Shown here: piece after piece, positions 6,738 through 14,092 of the stretch
Layout: every line of letters begins with the position of its first letter
Numbering within the stretch: position 1 is the stretch's first letter
From: Myxococcales bacterium
Lineage (GTDB): Bacteria; Myxococcota_A; UBA9042
DNA length: 14,092 nt
Assembly: GCA_037441385.1 (NCBI GenBank)
Contig: JBBISH010000148.1
Coordinates: 1 to 14,092 of the forward strand
Direction of reading: 5' to 3'
Made by a program: the position numbers and the translations under genes
Notes under the pieces: model-generated
Told to the model about the DNA's origin: nothing
The model's database searches: none
The model's input: the letters and a program-made list of their open reading frames with translations, nothing else

Positions 6738-8930
6738 ATGAAGCAAGTGCTGCAAAACATGAAGACGGGCGACCTGCGGGTGGCCGATGTGCCGGTCCCT
6801 GCGCTGCGCCCGGGTGGCGTGGTGGTGCGGGTGGCGGCGTCGTGCATCAGCGCGGGTACCGAGCGCAACATCATGGATTTCGCCAAGAAGTCGTATGTCG
6901 AAAAGGCGCGCGCACGGCCTGACTTGGTGCGGCAGGTGTTCGACAAGGTGCGCAAAGAAGGTCTGCTGCCCACCTACAAGGCGGTGATGTCGCGCTTGGA
7001 TGTCGAGACGGCGCTGGGCTACTCGTGCGCGGGCACGGTGGTCGAGGCCGGCAGCGAGTCGGGCTTTGCCGTGGGCGACCGCGTGGCCTGTGCCGGCATG
7101 GGCTTTGCCAGCCACGCCGAGTACGTGTACGTGCCCAAGAATTTGACCGTGCGGATTCCCGACGGTGTCACCTTCGAGCAGGCCAGCTACGCCACCATCG
7201 GTGCCATCGCCATGCAGGGCGTGCGGACCCTGGAGATCACGCTGGGCGAGCATGTGGTGGTGATCGGGCTTGGGATCATTGGCCTTTTGGCGATGCAGCT
7301 GGTCGAGGCCAACGGCGGCCGCGCCATCGGCATCGACCTGGACCCGCGCAAGGTCGAGCTGGCCAAGCAGTTGGGGCTGCAGCACTGCATGGTCCGCACG
7401 GGCGATTGCGAAGCGGCGGTGCAGGGTTGGACCCAGGGCGTTGGGGCCGACGCGGTGCTGGTCGCCGCCGGCGCGCCCACCCCGGACCCGCTGCATCTGG
7501 CGGTGCAATTGTGCAGGAAGCGCGGGCGCATCACCGTGCTGGGCATGGTGCCGCTCGAGCTGCCGCACAAGCCGTTCTACGAAAAGGAGCTGCAGCTCAA
7601 GATGTCGACCTCGTACGGGCCGGGCCGCTACGACCCGCAGTACGAGATCGACGGCGTGGACTATCCGCTGCCGTACGTGCGCTGGACCGAGCGCCGCAAC
7701 CTCTCGTCGTTCCTGGATCTTATTGGCGCCGGCAAGGTCGACGTGGGCAAGCTGACGACCCACCACTTCCAGCTGGATCAGGCGGCCGACGCCTACGCGC
7801 TGATCGAGGGCAAGGTCCCCGGCGCGCACCCGGTGGGCGTGCTGTTCCAGATGCCCCAGGGCGCCGACGATAAGCCGCAACGCCGCGTGGAGCTTGGGCA
7901 AAGGACCCGCAAGCACCAGGGCCGCCAGGTGCGCATCGGCCTCATCGGCGCCGGGACTTTCACCCGCGGCGTGCTGTTGCCGGCGATCGCCGCGGCGCCC
8001 GACGTGGTGTTCCAAGGCGTGTCGACCGCGACCGGCCAGACCGGCGAGAAGACCGGCAGCAAGTATGGCTTCCGCTACGCCACCACCGACTACAAGGCGC
8101 TGCTGCAGGATCCCGAGGTCGATCTGGTGGTCATCGCCACCCAGCACCGCGCCCACGGCAAGATGGTGGTCGAGGCCCTGCAAGCCGGCAAGCACGTCTT
8201 TGTCGAGAAGCCGCTGTGCGTGACGCGCGACGAGCTGGCGCGCATTCGCGAGGCCTACCAGGGCACCGGCGCAGTGGTGCACGTGGGCTTCAATCGGCGC
8301 TTTTCGCCGCATGTGCTGGCGGTGCGCGATCACTTCGCTGGCGTGGGCGAGCCGCTGTTTTCCACCTATCGGATCAACGCCGGCTACGCGCCACCCGGAT
8401 CGACAATGCACCGCGAGGGCGGCCGCGTCATCGGCGAGGTCTGCCACTTCTTGGACACGCTCATTGCCATCACCGGCGCGCCCATCAAGCGGATGCAGGT
8501 CGCCAAGGTCGAAGCCGGCAACGCCGCCCTGACCGACGAGGACTCGGTGGCGCTGATCTGCGAGCACGAAGGCGGCCACCTGTCGACGATCCAGTACCTG
8601 GCGCGTGGCAACGCGCTGGTGCCCAAGGAGCGGCTGGAGGTGCACGGTGGGCTGCGCTCGGCGGTGCTGGACGATTTTTCGACCCTGCGCCGCTACGACG
8701 GCAGCAAGGTCAAGACCGACCGGCTGCTGGTGCAAGACAAGGGCCACAAGGCCCAGATGGCCCAGCTGATCGCGGCGGTCCGGGCGGGCAGTCCGGCGCC
8801 GGTGCCGTTCGACATCCTGTGTCACGTGACCGAGCTCACCATCGACGCGGCCGAGCGGCTAGCGGGCGAGTCCGGGCTGCCGGCCGATTGGCAGCGCGAC
8901 GGCGATTTTGCCGTTGCCACCGAGGTTTAG
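6738..8930 (+). CDS. Bi-domain oxidoreductase (MDR/Zn-ADH-like + Gfo/Idh/MocA), typical of polysaccharide clusters, 730 aa
   Basis: MKQVLQ start with SD GAGAGG. SCISAGTE, LGYSCAG, GLGIIG and SYGPGRYDPQYE in the first domain. IGLIGAG, HVFVEKP, VGFNRRFSP, GEVCHFLD and DKGH in the second. Confidence 0.93.
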   Translation: MKQVLQNMKTGDLRVADVPVPALRPGGVVVRVAASCISAGTERNIMDFAKKSYVEKARARPDLVRQVFDKVRKEGLLPTYKAVMSRLDVETALGYSCAGTVVEAGSESGFAVGDRVACAGMGFASHAEYVYVPKNLTVRIPDGVTFEQASYATIGAIAMQGVRTLEITLGEHVVVIGLGIIGLLAMQLVEANGGRAIGIDLDPRKVELAKQLGLQHCMVRTGDCEAAVQGWTQGVGADAVLVAAGAPTPDPLHLAVQLCRKRGRITVLGMVPLELPHKPFYEKELQLKMSTSYGPGRYDPQYEIDGVDYPLPYVRWTERRNLSSFLDLIGAGKVDVGKLTTHHFQLDQAADAYALIEGKVPGAHPVGVLFQMPQGADDKPQRRVELGQRTRKHQGRQVRIGLIGAGTFTRGVLLPAIAAAPDVVFQGVSTATGQTGEKTGSKYGFRYATTDYKALLQDPEVDLVVIATQHRAHGKMVVEALQAGKHVFVEKPLCVTRDELARIREAYQGTGAVVHVGFNRRFSPHVLAVRDHFAGVGEPLFSTYRINAGYAPPGSTMHREGGRVIGEVCHFLDTLIAITGAPIKRMQVAKVEAGNAALTDEDSVALICEHEGGHLSTIQYLARGNALVPKERLEVHGGLRSAVLDDFSTLRRYDGSKVKTDRLLVQDKGHKAQMAQLIAAVRAGSPAPVPFDILCHVTELTIDAAERLAGESGLPADWQRDGDFAVATEV

Positions 8931-8933
8931 CGC

Positions 8934-10892
8934 ATGTGCGGTATCTACGGGCGGCTGGGAGCGCGCCAAGACGAACTGGACAAGCGCGCCACCGCCAGCC
9001 TGCGCCACCGCGGGCCGGATGACGCGGGCATCTGGGTCGACGACGCCGCCGAACCGGCGATGATCCTTGGACATACCCGCCTGTCGATCCTGGACCTCAG
9101 CGCCGCCGGCCACCAGCCCATGCTGACGCCGGACGAGCGCTACGCCCTGGTCTTCAACGGCGAGCTGTACAATTTTGCCACACTCCGTCGCGAGCTCGAG
9201 GCGCTGGGCGTGCCGTTTCGATCGCAGTCGGACACCGAAGTGGTGCTGCAGAGCTTGGTGCAGTGGGGCGACGCCGGGCTGACGCGCCTGGAAGGCATGT
9301 TCGCGATTGCGCTTTGGGATCAACGCGAACGACGCCTGCTGCTGGCGCGCGATCCCAGCGGCATCAAGCCGTTGTTCTGGCGGCAAGGTCCGGACGCGCT
9401 GGCGTTTGCTTCTGAGATCAAGGCGTTGCTGGTCGATCCGCAGGTGTCGCGGCAGCCGAACCTGCCGGCGCTGGCGGGCTTCTTGCAGTACTTGTATGTG
9501 CCTACGCCGCAGACCGCCTTCCAGGGCATCCACAGCTTGCGGCCTGGTCACCGGCTCGTCTGGCAGGCGGGTGCCCACGACATCAAGCGTTTCTCTGGAT
9601 TTTCGCTGCACAACAAGGCGCCGCTGCGGCCGCTGGAGGCGGCGAGCGACGATCTGGAGCGGCTGCTGCAGGCGGTGATCGGCGAGCAGATGGTGGCCGA
9701 TGTGCCGGTGGGCGCGTTCCTGTCCGGCGGCCTTGATTCGGGCCTCATCGTGGCGCTGATGGCCAAGGCCAAGCGCGAACGGGGCGATCGCGAGCACCTG
9801 CGCACCTTTACCGTGGCGTTTGGCCGCGAAGGCGGGCAGTGGGACGAGTCGGCGCGCGCCCGTCGCATGGCCCAGCACCTGGGGGTGGAGCACGCGGTCG
9901 TTCACGTGGATCCGCAGCAGGTGGCGGCCAATTTCCACATGGTGGCCGACCAGTTCGACGAGCCGTTTGCCAACCCCACCGCGATGGCGCACGACGTGCT
10001 GTGCCAGTTCGCCCGCCGCGAAGTGACGGTGGCGTTGGCCGGCGACGGCGGCGACGAGGCCTTTGCCGGCTATCCGCGCCACCGCGCCGTGTGGTTCCTG
10101 CAGGCCTGGCAGCGGCTGCCGGCCCGGCTGCGCCGCGAAATTGCGCGTGTCGAGGCGCGGTTGCCCGAGCAGGCCGAGGCTTTGCCTTTGCTGCGCCAAG
10201 CGCGGCGTTTCGTGCGCAGCAACCGCCACGGGTTTGCCGAGACCTACCGCGATTGGCTCACGTTCTACAGCCAAGAAGCGCTGTGGGACCTGCTGAGCGA
10301 GTCGATGCGCGTCGCGCTGGGCGATCAGCTCCCGCCGGATTTGGGTAATACCTTGGCCAGCTTGCGCGAGGTCGAGGGCGCTCACCCGATTGACGCCGCC
10401 TGCTATGCCGACATTGCCGGCTTCTTGCCCGACAACGTGCTGCGCGAGTCGGACCGCATCTCGATGCGTCACGCCCTGGAAGTCCGCGTGCCCTTTGCCG
10501 ATCGCCGCGTGCTGCAATACGGCCTTAGCCTGCCGGTGGAATTGAAGCTGCCGGCCCAAAGCCTGCTCAGCCGCAGTGGCGGCGCCCAGGCTGGCAAACG
10601 TGTTTTGCGCAATCTGGCGGCGCGCTACCTGCCCCACGAAGTCGTGGCCGCCCCGAAGCAGGGTTTTGGTGCGCCGATGGGGGCGTGGCTGCTGGGGCCG
10701 CTGCGCGAGCAGATGGAGCGATCGACCGACCCGCACCGCGTGGCCGCGCTGGGCATCGTAAGGCCGGAAGTCGCGGAGCAATTGCGGCGCGAACACTTGG
10801 CGGGCCAGCGCGATCGCACCTGGCCGCTGTGGAGTCTGATGGTGCTCGACTCGTGGTTCGCCCGCTGGATCGAGCGCAGTGGCCATGGTTGA
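8934..10892 (+). CDS. asnB: Asparagine synthase (glutamine-hydrolysing) family amidotransferase, probably glycan-amidating, 652 aa
   Basis: N-terminal MCGI (Ntn Cys), HRGPD, HTRLSILD, FNGELYN, SDTEV, FLSGGLDS, GDGGDEAFAGY and DRISM..LEVRVPF. Confidence 0.95.
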   Translation: MCGIYGRLGARQDELDKRATASLRHRGPDDAGIWVDDAAEPAMILGHTRLSILDLSAAGHQPMLTPDERYALVFNGELYNFATLRRELEALGVPFRSQSDTEVVLQSLVQWGDAGLTRLEGMFAIALWDQRERRLLLARDPSGIKPLFWRQGPDALAFASEIKALLVDPQVSRQPNLPALAGFLQYLYVPTPQTAFQGIHSLRPGHRLVWQAGAHDIKRFSGFSLHNKAPLRPLEAASDDLERLLQAVIGEQMVADVPVGAFLSGGLDSGLIVALMAKAKRERGDREHLRTFTVAFGREGGQWDESARARRMAQHLGVEHAVVHVDPQQVAANFHMVADQFDEPFANPTAMAHDVLCQFARREVTVALAGDGGDEAFAGYPRHRAVWFLQAWQRLPARLRREIARVEARLPEQAEALPLLRQARRFVRSNRHGFAETYRDWLTFYSQEALWDLLSESMRVALGDQLPPDLGNTLASLREVEGAHPIDAACYADIAGFLPDNVLRESDRISMRHALEVRVPFADRRVLQYGLSLPVELKLPAQSLLSRSGGAQAGKRVLRNLAARYLPHEVVAAPKQGFGAPMGAWLLGPLREQMERSTDPHRVAALGIVRPEVAEQLRREHLAGQRDRTWPLWSLMVLDSWFARWIERSGHG

Positions 10893-11853
10893 CCCGCCCC
10901 GGCTCGTGCTGGCGCCCATGCAGGGCGTGACCGAAGCGCCGATGCGGACCCTACTCACTGAGTTGGGTGGCTTCGACCTGTGCGTCTCCGAGTTCGTCCG
11001 CGTGGCGCAGAACCCCTTGACCGAGAAGGTGGTCCTGCGCATGGTGCCCGAGTTGCGCCAAGCGGCGCGCACCCCGGCGGGGGTGCCCGTGCAAGTGCAA
11101 CTGCTGGGCGGCGACCCGGATCGGCTGGCGTGGGCGGCGCAAACGGCCGTGAAGGCCGGCGCGACCGGCATCGATCTGAACTTTGGCTGCCCGGCGCCGA
11201 CCGTCAATCGCCACGACGGTGGTGCGACCCTCCTCAAAGATCCTCCGCGCTTGCAGGCCATCGTCGCGGCCGTGCGCCAGGCGGTGCCGGCGACGCTGCC
11301 GGTGTCGGCCAAGCTGCGGCTGGGTTGGCAGGACCCGCGCGATATCGACGTGACCGCCCAGCGCGCGGCCGACGGGGGCGCCAACTGGCTGACGATCCAT
11401 GCCCGCACCCGCGCCCAAGGCTATGCGCCGCCTGCGGATTGGCACGCGATTGGCCGGGTCCGCCAAGCCCTGCCGATTCCGGTGGTGGCGAACGGCGACC
11501 TGTTCACCCTGGACGACGTCGAGCGCTGCGCCGAGGTGACGGGCTGTCGCCAGTTCATGCTGGGCCGCGGCGCGCTGGCCGATCCCACCTTGGCGGGTCG
11601 AGTGGCCGCCTGGCAGCGCGGCGAAAAGCCCGTCGCGCCGCCGGTTCCCGGCAATCCGTGGCCCGCTTGGTTGGCCCGCCTGGCCGAAATCGGCCGCGCC
11701 GCCGGGCAGGACGACCGGCAGCTGCTCAAGCGGGCCAAGCAGTGGCTGCGCCTGCGCTGGGAAGTGAGCCAGTGGACGGGCTTTGGCGTCGCGAAGCGCG
11801 CAGATACCTTTGCTGAATTGCAGCGGATTCTTCCGGCGTTGCCCTACACTTGA
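10885..11853 (+). CDS. dusC: tRNA-dihydrouridine synthase, DusC-like, 322 aa
   Basis: LAPMQG, CVSEFVRV, VQLLG, IDLNFGCPAPTVN..GGATLLK, TIHART, ANGD, MLGRG and C-terminal R.KQWL. ATG at 10885 overlaps the end of asnB by 8 nt. Confidence 0.88.
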   Translation: MVDPPRLVLAPMQGVTEAPMRTLLTELGGFDLCVSEFVRVAQNPLTEKVVLRMVPELRQAARTPAGVPVQVQLLGGDPDRLAWAAQTAVKAGATGIDLNFGCPAPTVNRHDGGATLLKDPPRLQAIVAAVRQAVPATLPVSAKLRLGWQDPRDIDVTAQRAADGGANWLTIHARTRAQGYAPPADWHAIGRVRQALPIPVVANGDLFTLDDVERCAEVTGCRQFMLGRGALADPTLAGRVAAWQRGEKPVAPPVPGNPWPAWLARLAEIGRAAGQDDRQLLKRAKQWLRLRWEVSQWTGFGVAKRADTFAELQRILPALPYT

Positions 11854-13088
11854 AAGTCGTAGGGAATGTACGGAAAGCGCGCCGTAAAGCAGGTGCCCTG
11901 GCCAACCTGGCTGGTCGCGGCCAGGGTGCCGCCGTGTCGCTCGACGATCTTCTTGCACACCGCCAAGCCGATGCCCGAGCCCGGGAACTCCTGGCTGGCG
12001 TGCAGGCGTTGGAACATGTCAAAGATGCGGTCGATGTGCTCGGGGGCGATGCCGATTCCATTGTCCTGCACCGCGATCTCGCAGAATTCGCCGTCGATCA
12101 AGCCGTGGACTTGGACCAAGGGCCTGCGGTCGCGATCCACAAACTTCAGGGCGTTGCTGACCAGATTCTGCAGCAACTGCCGGAGCTGTTGAGCATCGCC
12201 AAACACGGTTGGCAGGTGGCCCACCTGCACGGTGGCGGCGCGCTCGCCGATCATGCCTTCCAAGTCCGCAACGACATTGCGTGCAATCACGTCCAGGTCC
12301 ACCCAGGTGCGCGGCAGCGGCTGGGTCGCCACACGCGAATAGGCTAGCAAACTGTCGACCAGCGCTTGCAGCCGCTCGGCCCCGTCGCGCATCCGCGCCA
12401 CATAGTCGCAGGCCACGCTCGGCATTTCGGGGCAATGGTCGTCGATCAACAACTCGCCGTATGCCCGAATTCGCCGCAGGGGCTCTTTGATGTCGTGCGA
12501 CGCGACCAGGGCAAACTGCTCCAAGTCGCGATTCGAGCGGGTGAGCGCTTCGGTTTTTCGTAGCAGCTCCAGCTTGGCGCGCCGTTGCTCGGTGACGTCG
12601 ACCGCGAGGCCGAGCAAGTACACGGGCTCGTTCTCGGCGTTGATCAGGGGCACTTTGCGGGTGTGCAGCCAGCGTTCGCCGTGCGGGGTCTTGATCGGCT
12701 CTTCCGGGATGTCTACGGCACAGCGCCCCGCCAGCACCGCCCGGTCTTTGCTCACAAAGAACTCGGCCTGCTCGGGTGGGAACAGGTCGTAGTCCGACTT
12801 GCCCAGAATCTCGGACCGCGGCAGTCCGATCAGTTCCTCGCCTGCGCGATTCAGGCTGACAAATCGCAAGTCCTTTGCATCTTTGACAAAGACCATGGTG
12901 GGCAGGTGCTCCAGCAGGTCCGCAAAGAAGCGTCGCTGCGCCACGCCGGGGTCGTGTTCGCCTGCGTACTCGGGGTGCTCCGCGTCGGGGCCATCGGGCA
13001 CGCCTGCGGACAGTTGGTCGCGCAGGTCGGCCAACTCCGCCTCCAATTCAGCGATTTTCGCCACCACGCGGTCGCGTGCGGTCGCCAT
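11844..13088 (-). CDS. Soluble PAS/PAC sensor histidine kinase (HisKA + HATPase, Cph1-like kinase core), 414 aa
   Basis: ATG at 13088 with SD AGGAGG. N-terminal coiled coil, then PAS (VFVKD...LNRAGE...ILGKSDYDLFP). H-box ASHDIKEPL, N-box NLVSNALKF, G1 DNGIGI, F-box IFDMFQRLH and G2 GSGIGL. Confidence 0.94.
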   Translation of the reverse strand: MATARDRVVAKIAELEAELADLRDQLSAGVPDGPDAEHPEYAGEHDPGVAQRRFFADLLEHLPTMVFVKDAKDLRFVSLNRAGEELIGLPRSEILGKSDYDLFPPEQAEFFVSKDRAVLAGRCAVDIPEEPIKTPHGERWLHTRKVPLINAENEPVYLLGLAVDVTEQRRAKLELLRKTEALTRSNRDLEQFALVASHDIKEPLRRIRAYGELLIDDHCPEMPSVACDYVARMRDGAERLQALVDSLLAYSRVATQPLPRTWVDLDVIARNVVADLEGMIGERAATVQVGHLPTVFGDAQQLRQLLQNLVSNALKFVDRDRRPLVQVHGLIDGEFCEIAVQDNGIGIAPEHIDRIFDMFQRLHASQEFPGSGIGLAVCKKIVERHGGTLAATSQVGQGTCFTARFPYIPYDFQV

Positions 13089-13225
13089 CACCGCCTCCTG
13101 GCACCCAGATGGCTTGGAGCATAGCGCCGTTGCCACCCGAGCGCCAGAGCAGGCTGCGCGATCCGCCGCCTGCGGTTCGCGCCGCCTTCCGGGCAGTTGC
13201 GCCTATGGTCATGCGCGGTTGTGCC

Positions 13226-13981
13226 CTACCAGCGCGCCGTGCGTCCGCCGTCTACGGGGATGAGCTGGCCCGTGACGTAGCGCGGCGCCCGCGCCAACCA
13301 CAGCACGGCATCGACCACGGCCTGCACCGGCAACTGCGGATTGCGCAACACTTCTGGCCCCAGCGGCACCCGCGACTGCAGCCCCGCCCACTGCGCCGCC
13401 GCCATGCCTTCGGGGGCCAGCACGGCGCCGGGCACCACGGCGTTGACGAGCACCTGCGGCGCCCACTCGACCGCCAGGCTGCGCACCGCCATGTGCAGCG
13501 CGGCCTTGGCCATCGAATGCGCCAGGTAGCCGCGGTAGGGGGTCAGCCCCGCCAGGTCGCCCACCACGATCGCCCTACCGTCGCGACTGGCTTGCAGGTG
13601 CGGGTGGGCGTGCATCAGCAAGTCCACGGGCGCACGGGCATTTTCTGCCAGCACTTGGTCCAGATGGGCGGCACTGGCGCGCTCGGGATCCGTCGCGCGG
13701 TAGCTGGCAGCGCAGGCGATCACCAGGTCCAACCCGTGCAGGTGCTGCACGGCATGGTCCACCACGGCGCGCACTTGCTGCGTATCGGTCAGTTCGCCGC
13801 TCACCACCGTGACCCGGCGCCCGGTCGCGCGCACTTCGGCCGCTGTGGTGGTCGCTTCGTCGGTGTGGCTGCGGTAGTGGATGCACACGTCGCAGCCCGC
13901 CTGGGCGAGCACCACGGAGATGGCTCGCCCCAGGCGGCGGTGGCCTCCGGTCACCAATACGCGCGCTGCTGCACCCATCAT
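13226..13981 (-). CDS. Short-chain dehydrogenase/reductase, pteridine reductase (PTR1/FolM)-like, about 251 aa
   Basis: TGGHRRLG (PTR-type TGxxxRxG), IHYRS, catalytic-position Asp in GDLAG, HSMAK at the YxxxK position, VNAVVPG and VTGQLIPVDGG. ATG at 13981 or 13978, with AGGTGG upstream. Confidence 0.85.
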   Translation of the reverse strand: MMGAAARVLVTGGHRRLGRAISVVLAQAGCDVCIHYRSHTDEATTTAAEVRATGRRVTVVSGELTDTQQVRAVVDHAVQHLHGLDLVIACAASYRATDPERASAAHLDQVLAENARAPVDLLMHAHPHLQASRDGRAIVVGDLAGLTPYRGYLAHSMAKAALHMAVRSLAVEWAPQVLVNAVVPGAVLAPEGMAAAQWAGLQSRVPLGPEVLRNPQLPVQAVVDAVLWLARAPRYVTGQLIPVDGGRTARW

Positions 13982-13991
13982 ACGCACCCCA

Positions 13992-14047
13992 CCTGATTCG
14001 CGCCTGTACGGCTTTTCTGACCCGTTCTGCAACTGGCGAGAATCAGG
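13992..14047 (-). promoter_or_regulatory. 16-bp imperfect inverted repeat overlapping the putative SD of the SDR gene
   Basis: cctgattcgcgcctgt (13992-14007) pairs with actggcgagaatcagg (14032-14047) at 14/16 positions. The 24-nt loop contains a further acgg/ccgt pair. Confidence 0.5.
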
Positions 14048-14092
14048 CGGGGACCCCGGTTCGGGCCCGAAGAATTGCCCGAGTTTTCGATC

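Noticed and set aside
6690..11408. Very long antisense ORFs 6690-8825(-) and 8859-11408(-)
   Set aside because: Stop-poor shadow frames expected opposite high-GC3 genes. They have no motifs, while the plus-strand genes carry complete family signatures.
14025..14092. ZTP (pfl) riboswitch-like GCAACTGGCGA on the plus strand
   Set aside because: The P2 helix and purine-rich junction do not match convincingly, the 3' pseudoknot hairpin is not in the window, and the strand is opposite to the SDR gene.

Overview
High-GC bacterial window. Lipoproteins with Asp/Ala-rich linkers and a PilG/XapA-like gene suggest Myxococcota or a related deltaproteobacterium (inference). It holds 11 credible CDSs. On the minus strand at the left end are an esterase lipoprotein and a coupled PLC-like phosphodiesterase lipoprotein, followed by a small four-helix-bundle (TIGR02436/23S rRNA-IVP/Avd-like) gene. 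Surface-glycan modification genes lie on the plus strand: a PilG/XapA-like membrane protein, an NAD-dependent epimerase, a bi-domain oxidoreductase and an AsnB-type amidotransferase, interrupted by an antisense plsC-like gene. dusC, an orphan PAS histidine kinase and a pteridine-reductase-like SDR follow. The most striking unexplained structure is at 1-776. The four-helix-bundle gene sits between two degenerate hexamer arrays in inverted orientation: (GNNCAG)x13 or more at 1-78 and (CTGNNC)x14 at 681-764. Separate hairpins lie on each side of the ORF. The layout resembles a self-contained cassette that could fold into a long stem looping out the ORF, like an rRNA intervening sequence but in an mRNA context. 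No database searches or folding programs were run; all calls come from reading motifs.
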